The notes: generated from the letters alone by a model not told the origin. DNA of 64,000 nt from Eledone cirrhosa (GCA_964016885.1 OZ024741.1:87234001-87298000), one strand, 5' to 3'. Positions 11,326-30,517 are shown, counted from the first letter of the stretch. Numbers and translations: made by a program.

Positions 11326-14300
11326 ACACACACACACACATACATATACATATATATATATACATACACATATACACATACATAAATATATATATATATA
11401 TATACACACACACATAAATATATTTCCATATCATACATAGATATATATTTCCTCATGCAATTACGGGTGGTTGTGTACCTTGTTGCCTTTAGTCATTAAC
11501 GCATAAACCTAAGGAAGCTAAAACATTAAAAGGTAAAAAATAAGCATGAATGCATATAATTAGGGGAAAGAGGTACTAATAAATGTTACTCTATATATAA
11601 TTATAGTGAGTTGCTATTTAGAATATTTAATTAGGTTTATAGTATTTAATTAGGTTTGTAGTATTTAAATGTTATTCGTATACGGTGATTACAAACTATG
11701 ATCAATTCCTACCTTTTATTTAATAAATCGTCCTTAGATTTAGTCATTTCCAAGATCTCCCCTGAACATAATCTGCATTCCCTCCTGTTCCCAAGATATG
11801 GAGTTCTTTGTAGAATGGTCTTCCACGATAACTTGAAATATATTTTTTCTTTTTATAATTATTTACCGCTTCAGCTAAAGATGTGGTGTTAGCTAGTTTT
11901 GTATTGTTGAAACTACTATGCGTAAAATCTTTTCTTAAATGTGTTTGATGTAGATCCTATATATGTTTTGTTGGAGTCTGTAGTAGACATAGTGCATTTA
12001 TATATTACATTATTAATCAAAAAGTTGCCATTTAAGGGGCAAATGCTTCTATTTCTGCAATTACAGCCATACGTAAGATGGTTGTTGCGGGTGCCTATAC
12101 TATTCTTATTAATCCTTGAGTTATTCCTATTGTAATTAATGATAGCAGGAGAATGAAGGTTGCTTTGTGGGTGGTTTGGCGCCAGGGTTGTATTGTGATT
12201 TTGTATTCTGTTGTTTTCGTGTTGGTGATTTGGGTGGTTGTGTTTTCTAGGTTGAAGGATTGTATTATTTGCCTTTTTAAAAGGTGCAGTCCTATTTATA
12301 TTATGTTGTGGTGGTGTAGTCATATTATTTTAAAGTTTATAAATGTTGTAGTTGCTTATTTTTTGCTGGAGAATGCTTGATGTAGAGTATGAGAATTTAA
12401 CAGTATATTTGTTAAATATTTGGTGGTATCTGTGGTTTGGTGGAAAATGTTTATGTAGAATTTCAAAGAATTTTTTTGGGATTTGTCCAATAGTTTGCAG
12501 GTTGAAGGGTGCGTTGTACCATGTTATGTTTCTTTTGCGGTTTTTAGTTAAGTTCTTATTATCACTTATATTATTGTGTTGTGTTCTAGAAGAATTCCTA
12601 TGGTTAGTATCATTATTTGTGGAATTTAGTAAATTACCATGGTTGTATTTGGTGTTATTTTTGGGTAGATTATGAGATTTTGAGTGCTTGGTATTCATAT
12701 GTGGGTTGATAGCATTGGTCATAGATCATGTAGTAATAGTTGTTGTGGTTTTTCGGTTGTTTGGTGTAATAGGAATAACCACTTTAGGTATTTGTTTCAA
12801 TGGTATTTTTTGGTGTTTGTAGTTTTTGTTAGGTTTTATGTTTTGGTCCATAGTATTGTTGGGGATATATGAGATTTTTTCTTTATATCCACTTCTAGTT
12901 AAGGCCTCGTTGTAGAAGGGTGCATTATTATAAAATATATCTTCATTGGAAGATAATTTAGAAAGTCTAAGAGATATGTTATATACTAAATTTTAGTATA
13001 AAGCCAGGGTGGTTAGATCGTGAATGTACATAATGTAGATTCTGGTTAGGTTTGTGGTAAGGTTGATAAGTATTCGTAGAGAGGTCTAAGGTAACGTCAA
13101 GGAAATTAGCTACTTTTGGAGTGTTTTCAAAAGTGATGCTAAGGCTGTAATAGTCCTTGAGGAATTTTCTAATTTGTTTTTTGTTCTTCTCTATTGGAAT
13201 TGCTAAGATTGTTAGATAACAATAGACAATCATCCCGATAAAGACCACCTTTGAGGTGGGGAAAAGAGTCATGAATGTTATAGAGGAGAAATAGTCCAAC
13301 GTGGTCTGTAACTTGAGCAGATCCCATCGTAATATCGAATAAGTTGTTATATGTGTTTCTTGTCCAGTATTCTTCTTGGAAGTTTAGTAAGGTTTTTCTA
13401 GCGTGAGGTTTGATGTTGATTTCCTCAGTAGATAAATCCGATCTATTTATGGCAAAGATCAGTGCTTTGTTTAAAAGAATTGGAGAAATCGAAGAATAGT
13501 AAGAATCGATGTCGAATTGAATCAATGAAGCTGAGTTTTTATTCTCAATGCTAGTAAACCATTCAATAACTTGGGAAGTGTTATCCCATAGTGGATGTGT
13601 TACAAATTTTCTAATTTGCGGAATGATACGATCAATAATCTTTTTGCTGATATTACCGATATCAGATTTTGATGGGCATATCAGTCTAATAGATGGGTTC
13701 GAGTTAAAGTCAGATTTATGGTCTTTCAGGTTGAAGTGCGGGCTTTTTAGGCGTGAAAGGCTCAGTCCTATCTTCAATCTGGAGCTTTTTTACTATATCA
13801 CATGATATGTTGTTCAAGGATGTTAGTTCGGTGGTATTTGCTTTCTTATAGTTTTTTCTAAGTTCTTTATATATGAACTGGTTATATTTATCGATATCCA
13901 TATGGTACAAGTTACCAGTTTTGTCAGACTGGACATGGACCTTTTTTGAATTTTTCAGTTGTAGAAGGGTAGAGTCCAATCCCTTTGGGAATTCTGATTT
14001 GTGTTTTCTGAACTTTATGTTTTTAATCTTGTTCAGTAGGGCGCTCTCAAAATTTTCAAGTTGAATAATATGAGGAGGATTTTTGTATGTTTTGAATCCA
14101 TAGCGGTACTTCATTTCATTTGTATTAGTTTTGTTGTCAAAATGGTAGGCTCTCCATCTCATTCTCCTAATAAATTGGTTAGTTTTTTGTGTGAGCAAGA
14201 GTAGATATTCATCTTTAGTTGGAATTGGAATATTCTTCAACGAGGTACCCAAATATTGTTTTTCCATTGTGATACAGGAATTAGATAAAAAAAGAGCTCA

Positions 14301-14991
14301 ACTAAATATTATAATCAATTATGAAAAATATATTGATGGAGCAAAATGCACAGAGGTATCCACAGTAAGTTGTGGGGTCTATTCTACACGAAGAACTCGA
14401 TGTAATCCATATGTTGAAAATGTTGTAGGTTAAGATAAATCTCGGAAAACAATAAAACATTAAAAGGAAAACAGAATCATGATATAAGTTAAAACAATGA
14501 AATAAAAAATCAAGTCATTAGAGATATACTTCACTGCTTTACGATCGTTTCTAGATGATGATAATACATTGTAACTATACTCTGTTATTGATCTATGTAA
14601 GGTTAGTTACAAAATATCAGATAAAGAGAATATTTACTTACATGCATATCACCAGCTGTTTTCAAAAGCAATAATAATTTTATTCAATAATAATTTTATT
14701 CAGAATTAGTAGTATGTTAGTATCATGTCCTTATTTGGAGGTAGTTGAAGAACTAACGAATCAAATTGTTTTTTTCATATGGTGTTAAGATGAAAAGTAA
14801 TACACTTTAGTTGAGGTCATGACCCTTTGAAAGGAATGGTTGAATGGTGTTAATAGTAGAATTGGCATAACAATCTATTAGGAGGAAAGGGATTGTCAAA
14901 CTGATAGTTGAATGTATCTGGTATAGTGAAGTTAAAAAGAATGTCAAAATAAATGGTGATTAGTGTTGTATTGAGTTTTTAGGTGAATATA
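10149..14991 (-). mobile_element. Near full-length Penelope-like retroelement (Hydra-type, YRDD RT) with direct pseudo-LTRs
   Basis: About 490-bp direct repeats at 10149-10638 and 14484-14991 flank a disrupted RT/GIY-YIG ORF. Confidence 0.9.
11630..14267 (-). pseudogene. Frameshifted PLE RT + GIY-YIG endonuclease ORF
   Basis: SLKNIPIP..RRMRWRA, IQFDIDSYYSSI, FDITMGS, GGLYRDD, NFLDVTLDL, RNITWYNAPF, NVIYKC..YIGST. Confidence 0.9.
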
Positions 14992-15180
14992 ACTACAAAG
15001 CTCCGGATTGAATTACAACAACATCCTAATTTTCTTATCAACTAGAAACTTTTCGGACTTTCGCAGTTATCTCCCTTACACCTCTCGCACGCATTTTAGT
15101 ATTGCCTGTGTGAAGTGATCGTTTCTGATCATGCGTGTTCGTACGGTTGTCCTTGCTGTTCCGTATAACCATGTCCATTA

Positions 15181-15218
15181 CGAGCTGAGGATGCGCAAAG
15201 GCGAAACAATTGTTCTCG
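15181..15218 (+). ncRNA. Minimal type I hammerhead ribozyme
   Basis: cgag-CTGAGGA-tgc gcaaag gc-GAAA-caattg-TT-ctcg, lying about 30 nt before a (TA)n run. Confidence 0.75.
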
Positions 15219-15247
15219 GTATGGTGAACTAACTGTTGTGTAACCAC

Positions 15248-15333
<86 letters not shown>

Positions 15334-15554
15334 TATTAGAAAGTGAGGTTTTTTTTACAAAATGAAAAATAACCGAGGTGTCCTACACGAGGGAAAGTAT
15401 AGAGAAAAAAAGATGAAATCGAAAAAGCAACTGGAGTCTTATTTTAAAAAATATATATATATTTATTTGGTTCCTTTACCGGTTTCGCAGTTCTTCTGCT
15501 TTTCAAAAGTAGAGTTGAGATGGAGGGTCTGTGGTTTTTCTGTGGTTTTTCTCA

Positions 15555-15732
<178 letters not shown>

Positions 15733-15933
15733 ATATATATATATATCGACACTCGATTGACTTTCGTCAAATCGGACCGAGGAAACAATGTTTCCATTAG
15801 TCTTTCCAATTGTTAATACTATCTATCGGTCGCAACTCCAGGTAAAAAAATTAATATATATATATATAGTGGTAGAACACTGGAAGGTAATATCCGTAGT
15901 GGTAGAGCACTCAGTCCATGGGACGAGTTAGCT

Positions 15934-17832
<1,899 letters not shown>

Positions 17833-18003
17833 CTATATATATATATATGTATAGGGAGTGTAACTTGGAGTTACTGCAGGTTCACCTGGGTGAACACTCG
17901 ACGTTTAGGTTCACTTCTGTGTTGAGGTGTAGAGCTATACAGAGTGTAAATATTGAAAGGATAACAAGAACGATTGGTTACTCCTTCAATACATTTATTG
18001 GAC

Positions 18004-18088
18004 GGTGACGCGCGTTTCGCCACTGATCAGCTCAAGGTTCGATCTGTATCGATCTTACCCGACTCTATAATCGGCAGCTCGACGGACC
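18004..18088 (-). ncRNA. Decayed long-stem-II hammerhead motif
   Basis: ggt-CCGTCGA-gctgc..gtggc-GAAA-cgcgcg-TC-acc. Confidence 0.45.
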
Positions 18089-18231
18089 CTTTAAAATGCT
18101 ATAAGAAAATGAATACATGCTACCGATACTGCCAAATACGAGACAGGCTGTAAGGAATGCTAGAAATAGCACCAAGCAAATCCTTTAAGGCAAATCAATT
18201 AAAAAAGATTAGGAGCCGAAATCTTTAGGTT

Positions 18232-18368
<137 letters not shown>

Positions 18369-18498
18369 ATACTTTGGCAGGGTCATGTTGCCAATAAGAA
18401 ACACACGCACCAGTTGCTTTCACTTCAATTTATTATAATAAATTTATAAATTTCTGGTTGGTTGGTTGGTTCCACAACCAGATAGTTGTTTATATATT

Positions 18499-18541
18499 GT
18501 CAAAGTTCTTTCGTCACACATTCTGTGACCTCTTCAGTGAC
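18499..18541 (-). ncRNA. Minimal hammerhead ribozyme (inverted pLTR copy)
   Basis: Reverse complement of 22161-22203. Confidence 0.8.
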
Positions 18542-19263
18542 TGGGGATTTTTTTCTTTGTTTTTGTGCCTCTCCTTTGTTCTGTCCTACGCCATTTTGTT
18601 TCTGTGTGTGTGTTGTGTGCTCAGTCTGCGCATGCGCCACATCAGGGTGTCTGTGTGTGTTTATATTCGTTTATTTATTTGTTTATTTACATGTTACCGG
18701 TTGGTTGTTTGTTCTATGTGCGTGTGTGTTTTCATTTTGTCCTTAATTGTAAGTTGTGATGTTGCTGTTCCACTCATATTTTCTATTTAATTTTGGTTGT
18801 AATTCTTTTATGTTTATTGCCTCTGTGATTTGTCTAAACATGGCGTCTTTTCTGTGTGTAGATTCTATTTTTATTTCTATGTTCTCTAATTTACTCTTAT
18901 GTTCTATTTTAGCATGTTGGTAGAGTACAGATGATTCTTTACTATCTTGAAGGTCTCGCCAGTGTTCATTTATCCGTTCCCCTACACTACGAGCTGTCTC
19001 ACCTATGTACACTATATTTTTGTCTCTACATTGTCCTTCAGTACATCTTATGCTATACACTACATTTCTAGTTTTGCAGTTAATATGGGGGCTTATTTTA
19101 CAGGTTATACATTTCTTATCTATACAGGGGGGTCTTTGAAAAGGGTATGTCTTGCTAATAACAATAACAATACACACAACAATAATAACACACACGGAGA
19201 CAACAACAACAACACAAATCAACAACAGCACACATCAACAACAACAACACACACACACATTCA

Positions 19264-21959
19264 ATGCCTCTCACCACCACCACAATCTTAACAAACACAC
19301 AGACACACAAAACAAGTAATGACAGTAGCACAGAAATCACAGAAATAAGGGAAAGTAATAGGATTAAAAGGAGAGGGGAGACTATGGACAAAGAAAATAA
19401 CCAAGACGAACACACAGACACACAAAATAGAGTAGATAATAACAATGAGCCAGCGGAAAGAGACAGGAGTAATAATGAGAGACATTGAAACAACCATGAG
19501 GCTGTTGGTGGAAATAGAAATAGAAACAACACAACTAACAATAACAATAGTACTAGTACACATAAAGCAGCAGCCTGGAACTCTACTTTTTATAATCCCT
19601 CCGATAAGTCGTTCGACCTGCGACGAGTCCACGCCACGACTTTACCATTTAACAAACGCACGCAATTGCCGTCGCAGGTCGATGAACAAACAGAAGCCCA
19701 ATTTAGTATAGCTAGATCCGAACTTAGAAATATTATAGAACAGTATAGCAAGAAGCATAATAGAATGGAGGCCCAGCAACTGGGAGAAAAATCTGCAAAT
19801 GGCTTGCGTAAGCTCATGCAACGCTCGCGTAATGGAGAGATAGCATGCTTTCCAACAGACAAGTCTGGCAGAATGTCGGTTGACAGCCTGCCAAACTACA
19901 TCCAGGCAATGCAACCCCACATCACTAACACAAGAGAGGTAACATCACAGGAGCATGAGGATAGAGAAAAAGCCCTCAATGCCCATATGGTGATGTGGAC
20001 GAATATAATGCAGCCCAACAAAAGGACTGCCAACAACTTCCAGGCCTGGAACAATGACGTGCCGGCGTTGTATGGGCTTCGAAAAGACCATAAAACGGGC
20101 AGTGGCCCTGTCACGGGACCACCAACACGGCCAGTCTGTGGAGCTAACATTGCTAGTAACTACAGACTGTCCTACTTCCTCTCCCTGATCATACGCCCCA
20201 TCATTGAAATGTCCCCAGATGTATGTGACAGCACGGAGGACCTCCTCAGCAGAATCGGCGAGAGTAACCAATCTAGAGACCTAACAAACTGCATAATAGG
20301 TAGTATGGATGTTGTGTCCCTGTATCCATCTATTGATGTGGATTTTGCTGTGGAGAAATGCGTAGAAATGATCAGTGAGAGCAATGTTGAGTTCCGTGGG
20401 ATGATACCAGTGAGCTGGGACTCCTACTTAAACTTACCTATAGTAATAATTACCTAGACATATATGACCTTAGCAACCTGTGCCCTACAAGACCAGCAAG
20501 AGGCAGACCACCTACCATTACCTCAATGGCCAAGAGAACCCACACAGATAGATGGAACGGGTGGACCAGAGCCATACGGACACCCGAAAACCACGATGAA
20601 CTGAAGAAAATGATTGCACATGCGGTAGGGGCCAGCATAAAACTAACCCTTAAGGACCATATGTTCAAATTTAATGGAAAAACATATGCCCAAGAGGAAG
20701 GAGCAGCCATTGGTGTTAGCATTGTAGGCGACATAGCTAACTTATTCATGGTATGGTGGGACAGTAGACTTAAACTTAAACTTAAAGAACAATTAGAAGA
20801 CCCCTTAATCCTGATAATGTACTCCCGCTACGTTGATGATATAAACATCGTAGTTAAGACACACCCACTAGAGGACAGTCAGGAACTAGAGAAAAACACA
20901 ATGGAAAGCATCCAGCAAATAGCTAACTCCATCCACCAGAGTATTAGAGTTACTATAGACTACCCAAGTAAACACCCCAACCATCGATTACCTGTACTAG
21001 ACACAGAGCTCTGGTTAGATACCATTAATAACAAAAAACAAATCCTCCATTCCCATTATGCCAAACCCATGACTTCCAAACATCTGATCCACCGAAACTC
21101 AGCTGTTTCGGACCATACCAAAATCAACATACTGATTGCGGATTTGGTACGGGTGATGAGAAGCGTGTCCCGCATTTGCAACCCCGAAGAACTAGAGAGA
21201 CACATACAACAATTCATCCACCGTATGCAGTTCTCTGGTTACAATCAGAGAGATAAAATCAGAGTGTATAGAGGAGCCAGAACCAAATGGGAAAAAATGG
21301 TAAATAATGACGCAAATGGGACCTGCCCCTTGCATAGGAGCAAATTTTGGAATAGAATAGAAAGAACTAGGAATAAGACTAATAGAATAAACTCATGGTA
21401 TGATAGCAATAAATACCAGAGTGTAATGTTCATCGATACAACCCCTAGAGGTGAATTAGCTTACAAATTTAGAAGGGGCCTAGATAAACATAAACTCAAT
21501 ATTAAGATAGTAGAAAGACCAGGTACCTCCGTAAAAACACTTATTAGCAAGACATACCCTTGTCAAAGACCTCCCTGTATAGATAAGACATGTATAACCT
21601 GTAAAATAAGCCCCCATATTAACTGCAAAACTAGAAATGTAGTGTATAGCATAAGATGTACTGAAGGACAATGTAGAGACAAAAATATAGTGTACATAGG
21701 TGAGACAGCTCGTAGTGTAGGGGAACGGATAAATGAACACTGGCGAGATCTTCAAGATAGTAAAGAATCATCTGTACTCTACCAACATGCTAAAATAGAA
21801 CATAAGGGTAAATTAGAGAACATAGAAATAAAAATAGAATCTACACACAGAAAAGACGCAATGTTTAGACAAATCACAGAGGCAATAAACATAAAAGAAT
21901 TACAACCAAAATTAAATAGAAAATATGAGTGGAACAGCAACATCACAACTTACAATTAA
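19264..21959 (+). pseudogene. PLE RT + GIY-YIG ORF with one in-frame stop (19486) and a frameshift near 20400
   Basis: LYGLRKDHK, PPTRPVCGA, GSMDVVSLYPSI, QEEGAAIG, YSRYVDD, LPVLD, NVVYSIRC..YIGETARSVGERINEH. Confidence 0.92.
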
Positions 21960-22160
21960 GGACAAAATGAAAACACACACGCACATAGAACAAACAACCA
22001 ACCGGTAACATGTAAATAAACAAATAAATAAACGAATATAAACACACACAGACACCCTGATGTGGCGCATGCGCAGACTGAGCACACAACACACACACAG
22101 AAACAAAATGGCGTAGGACAGAACAAAGGAGAGGCACAAAAACAAAGAAAAGAATCCCCA

Positions 22161-22203
22161 GTCACTGAAGAGGTCACAGAATGTGTGACGAAAGAACTTT
22201 GAC
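22161..22203 (+). ncRNA. Minimal type I hammerhead ribozyme in the PLE pLTR
   Basis: gtca-CTGAAGA-g gtcaca gaatg tgtgac-GAAA-gaac-TT-tgac. Confidence 0.8.
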
Positions 22204-22411
22204 AATATATAAACAACTATCTGGTTGTGGAACCAACCAACCAACCAGAAATTTATAAATTCCTAAATTTATAAATTTATAATAATAAATTGAAGTGAAA
22301 GCAACTGGTGCGTGTGTTTCTTATTGGCAACATGACCCTCCAAAAGTATAACAATATCGGTTTCAACACACGTTTTCAGATAAAGAATCTTGCTAAACAA
22401 ATTCAGAAACG

Positions 22412-22508
<97 letters not shown>

Positions 22509-22545
22509 TTGAGTTGCCTTAAAGGATTTGCTTGGTGCTATTTCT

Positions 22546-22680
22546 AGCAGTATCGGTAGATGGTCTGAGTTCAAATCCCGCCGAGGTTAGCTTTGCCTTT
22601 CATCCTTACGGGATCGATAAAATAAAGTACCAGTAATACATTGGGATAGTTGCTGGCCTTGTGCCAAAGTAGAAACAATT
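22546..22680 (+). mobile_element. tRNA-derived SINE (partly deleted)
   Basis: Homologous to 2491-2660. Confidence 0.75.
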
Positions 22681-23422
22681 ATGCTTTTCTGTTAAACGTT
22701 ACTTTAATACACCATTTTAAAATTACTCCCTGGGAAGAATGCTGGTAGTTTGTACAGTGTGAGATATATAGATAGAAAAACTGCTCCTACTGATGATAGA
22801 AATTTTGGTCTTGGGATGCTAATTACCTAAATCAATAATTAATGATAGACGCTAATCAATAAGATCGATGGTTTGCGTCTTTTCTCCGATTCCTTGAAAC
22901 AGATTTGTAGAGAAAGTTATCGAAATATCATATTGAAGTAAGTATATTGAAGTAAGTAATTCTATATAATTAAATATTAAATTAGTCTCTAATACTTAAA
23001 CATCTCAATGAATGGATAAAATATATAGATAAAATATCCATCAGAGAAGCAATATTTATAAGCTGCTCTTGATTCATTGAGCTGTCAGATGGTCTTTTGG
23101 CTGCTATTTTTAGTGGTATTATAAGCCTATCAAATAGTTCTAATATTAAGAGACGTATTATTTGTGTAACGGTTCAATTACATAACGTGATTTTGTACAG
23201 CATGCTGGATCGGCAACATAGTAAATATGGTCCCTAAATTGAAGAATAGTTCCCAGATGAATTCGTGAATTCTTCAAATATTGGTCTTTTCCAATACTTG
23301 CTTGTTCCGCAAATGAAACCATGGCAGGGAGATAGATATATAAGTGGAATAGACTAAAAAATGTTGGAGGTCTGTCTGGCTTATACTACCATAAATAGGA
23401 TTTTTCACTTAAATTTAATATG

Positions 23423-23506
<84 letters not shown>

Positions 23507-23552
23507 TAATTCAAAATATTAACAAAAATAGACATTCGTGTGATCAAGTATA

Positions 23553-23615
23553 TTTTATTATACATATTTCAGAGGTACTGAGCTATCTTCAACAGTACGT
23601 CCTCATCAGATAAAA
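23553..23615 (-). ncRNA. Type I hammerhead ribozyme motif
   Basis: ttttat-CTGATGA-gg acgtactg..cagtac ctct-GAAA-tatgta-TA-ataaaa. Confidence 0.7.
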
Positions 23616-23764
23616 TAAGATGATGCATGACATACCCTGACTTATTAGATGGTTAAGATTCAGTCATGGTAGTGAATAAGATATGATAAAACTCAATATT
23701 TATATATCTTAAGATTGAGACATGAAAATTAGTTAATTAAAGACTAGTACATATAGGTAGTACA

Positions 23765-24020
23765 ATGGATTGACAGCTAGCGCCATCCCACTCCCACAAT
23801 AAAAACGAGCTGCTTCGACTTTTGCTTGACCTGCACCTATTCCGCACGCACGTGCGCTCTATAGAATATCTCAGTTACACACAAACCGCGGACAACAGAG
23901 GCCACGCACCATTCGTCTCCGACAGATAACTCCCCTCCCCCCGGAAAACCCCCCAGTTGATGGATGCGAATCCGAAATATAGGGACAATTACATCTCTCC
24001 CAAGGTAACTCTATCTCGTG
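23765..24020 (+). repeat. PLE pLTR segment with a variant HHR (23951-23984) and a putative splice donor
   Basis: Homologous to 26878-27125. ccc-CAGTTGA-t ggat gcga atcc-GAAA-ta-TA-ggg, followed by caag|gtaact. Confidence 0.7.
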
Positions 24021-24096
24021 TTATTATTTTTATTTTTTACGCTCTTTCCTACGTTCAGCTTCCCTTAGCGGAACCAGCTGGCGACACCACCGCTCA

Positions 24097-24789
24097 CGCA
24101 ACGTAACGTGGTTCAATCCCCCTCATAATGCCGAGGTAGCAACACCTATCGGGAAAATCTTCTTTAGCCTCATCGAAAAACACTTCCAAGTACAACACCG
24201 CTACCACAACATAATCAACAAAAACACCATCAAACTCTCCTACAGCACCACACCTAACTTCGCACAAAACATCGTCTCCTCAAACAACAAAAAACTCAAA
24301 CCCTATGGAAGAAATAACCTAGACATCAGTGGATAGCCGACCAGGAGGTGTAACTCCCCTGATAGATCTACGTGCCCCCTCAACAACAAATTCCGAGAAC
24401 GTAACGTGATCTACCAGTGCAACGTGAAGACGGACACCTCAAACAAAGCTTATATAGGATTAACCGCGTGTGATTTCAAGACCCGGCTCTACAAACACCG
24501 ACATACTTTCCGAAACCCGGTCCGGCGACATGCCACTACACTTTAGGGCCACATCTGGGACCTCCAAGATAATAATATAACCTACAATCTCACTTGGAGT
24601 TTACTGTGCAGAGCTAACTCTTACACGGGAGGACGCCGTCCGTGTAACTTATGCTCGGAGGAAACATTACAAATGCTGTTTTCGAAGGACCAACTCCTAA
24701 ACAAGAAAGACGAGCTGGTAACCGCATACAAACACAAATTGCGTAGGACTTATCTCGCCCTCAAACCCCATAACGACCCGGGTGGGTAG
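24097..24789 (+). pseudogene. Hydra-type PLE C-terminal (linker + GIY-YIG) fragment
   Basis: RNVTWFNPP..KHF..NKNTIKLSYST, NVIYQC..YIGLTACDFKTRLYKH, CNLCSEE..LLNKKDEL, with stops and a frameshift. Confidence 0.85.
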
Positions 24790-25517
24790 ACAAGGGCTGA
24801 TCCCCCCCACTTGCCGAATAAGTTAGGGGAAACCCCAGCTTACATAGGTAGAGGTATCTCTTTTCTTTTCCTCTTTGTCTTCTTCTTCCCCCGTGTCTCA
24901 TCCTATCACTTCCTTCCACCCCCTATTTTCTTTCTCGTCAGCTTTTCCTCTTTCGCCTACCCCGATGCATCCCATCCGGCCTCTGTAGCATCAGTTCCCC
25001 CACCTCTGTAATTTTAAAATAGAATTGGCCTAATACGTTTTACTAACTACTTATAGCAGATGTGTTAAACCCATTTCATTTTGTATCAGTTTTGTAATTT
25101 CTAGAAGTTTTTTCTATTCTCAACTTATTAACCTGTAATTGTAAGATAGCATTGTGATTTTTTAAATTCATTTCTCACTATCTAATTTTATATATTTTTT
25201 TATTTCTTTCTAGTATCTTTTATTGTCTCCTACTCTCATTCGATTTACCTATTCTATAAACTCCCTCCTTCACTTCATACACTATCCTTAGAATCTGCTG
25301 TATACATATCACTTTCAACGTCTGACCGCTCCACTCACTCCCCTATTGTTCTACAGGCAAGTTCAGCCACCCCTACCTCCCACCAAATGCCATGATAGAC
25401 TTATTTGTGTTTACAACAAATTTTAACCAATCCTCTTGACAACTACAATCTTCCCATATAAGGAAGTACCCCGTTGACAAGTTCGGCTATTTATTCACTA
25501 GGCTAGACATTCTAATT

Positions 25518-25761
<244 letters not shown>

Positions 25762-25771
25762 CATATATATT

Positions 25772-28460
<2,689 letters not shown>

Positions 28461-28469
<9 letters not shown>

Positions 28470-29079
28470 TAATGAAATGACAGGAGGCTGGATTTGTGTA
28501 AATCCTTGAAAGGTTTATTATACTATGATCATTTCAATGACCGGGTTCCGTATGAATCCGGTGATATCATCAGGTATTCGAAATATAATACGTGAACGTA
28601 ATAGATAAAATCCATGGGGCTGAAATCGAGGATCCGAGGGCGACCGCTATTCTGTTCCTTCAACCTCAGCCGGTCGCCCTGGAGTGACGTGGCTAGAATT
28701 TATAGTATGCTACTTCTGGTCAGATAAACGAAAACTGAGGTTGAAGGAACAGAATAGCGGTCGCCCTCGGGTCCTCGATTTTCAGCCCCATCGATTTTAT
28801 CTATTACATTCACGTATTATATTTCGAATACCTGATGATATCACCGGATTCATACGGAACCCGGTCATTGAAATGATCATAGTATAATAAACCTTTCAAG
28901 GATTTACACAAATCCAGCCTCCTGTCATTTCATTATAATATTTAACTCCGTAATAGCACCACCAACTACAAAAACAAAGACGGTTGAACTGCCTTACGTT
29001 GAGTACTCTCTATATTATTGCATTACGATTGACCATACGGAATAGACCAGCTCTATACAGTGGTGAACCTCAAACCTGA

Positions 29080-29085
<6 letters not shown>
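28461..29085. mobile_element. Fold-back element family B with two opposed HHRs (28520-28577 minus, 28828-28885 plus)
   Basis: Arms of about 210 bp (28461-28669 and 28735-28942). atac-CTGATGA-tatcaccgg..ccggtcatt-GAAA-tgatca-TA-gtat. Homologue at 55995-56245. Confidence 0.85.
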
Positions 29086-29134
<49 letters not shown>

Positions 29135-29169
29135 TGTAAAAGTTCTATTTAAATTGTTTTATGATATAT

Positions 29170-29204
<35 letters not shown>

Positions 29205-29264
29205 CATATATGTAAAAGTTCTATTTAAATTGTTGGGATATATATATATATATATATATACATA

Positions 29265-30517
29265 CAGGGTGCGGATGGTATTTGAGGACATGTATTTTTA
29301 GTTATTTTATTTGACTAATTGTTATTGAATTCAGAAAATAACAATGAAAATAACTATGCTAACTAATAAAATGAAAAGGCATGCTGTGATTGTGGCTTTG
29401 AAAGCTAAGCATGGTGATTTAGAAATTTCTCGTTTTCTGAAAGTTGCAAGATCTTTTGTCCACAAGATTCGGTGTGAGTTAGAGAAAGAAGATGGAAGCG
29501 TATTACCTGTATCAAAACGTAAAAAAACATTCCAAACACTCTGATTCTATCAGGACACCTGAATTTATGCAGGAAGTTAAGAAAAACATTGATGACAATC
29601 CAGGAAAATCAATGAGATCAATTGCAAAATATTTTGGTGTGTCAGACAAAACAATCAGAAATAGTGTGCATGAAGACATCAGATACAAATCTTACGTGAT
29701 GAAGAGAGGTCAATTCATGTCAGAAAAAACAAAAGAAAAGCGTTTAATCAGATTCAAAAGACTTTTAAACAAACTTAAAAATCCATCAGAAGATGGTGTG
29801 ATTTGGTTTTTCTCAGATGAGAAAAACTTTGACCAGGACAAGAAAACTAACAGAAGAAATGACAGATGGATATATGCAGACCCTTCTGAGGTTCCAAGAG
29901 TGATGTACAAAATTTCCTGCAAGTGCCATGGTTTTGGGTGTTGTTAGCAATGAAGGACATGTGATGCCTCCTCACATTTTTCCACAAGGCCTTAGGGTGA
30001 ATGCTGCTGCATATATTGAGGTTCTGGATAAAGTTGTTAAGCCTTGGATCAACAGTGTATGCAATGGAAGGCCTTATGTCTTTCAACAAAATTCTACACC
30101 ATCATACAAGGCTCAAATGACACAAGAATGGATGACTGACAATTTGCATGATCACCTCACCCCCAACATTTGGACTCCTAATTCTCCAGGTCACAATCCA
30201 CTGGACTACTATGTATGGAGCACTGTTGAGAAAAATGTCAATGAACACCCTCATAGCACCAAAGATTCTTTGAAAGCCGCCATAATTCGAGTCATGTCCG
30301 ATATGAACAAGGACCACTTAATTCGAGCTTGCAAACGATTTCGACCCCGTGTAGAGGCAGTTATTGATGCGTATGGTGGTTTTATTGAAGGAAATTATTA
30401 AATTGATAATTTAGCTTTGTGTTTATGTTATTTTCATAAGAATAAATTTTTTTTCTGTTATTATATAAGCATTTTTTTAAAACCATAAATCTGTCCTCAA
30501 ATACCGTCCGCACCCTA
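29265..30517 (+). mobile_element. Tc1/mariner DD37D (maT-type) DNA transposon, decayed
   Basis: 26-bp TIRs cagggtgcggatggtatttgaggaca with TA flanks. Frameshifted transposase at 29344-30401 has FSDEK, QQ[N]S and NPLDY, with 37 aa between the last two catalytic positions. Confidence 0.92.

Noticed and set aside
19486-19488. In-frame TGA in a PLE ORF as possible selenocysteine (as in some Naiad elements)
   Set aside because: It lies in a low-complexity, non-cysteine context. The endonuclease is C-terminal (not Naiad), I saw no SECIS, and the ORF also has a frameshift.
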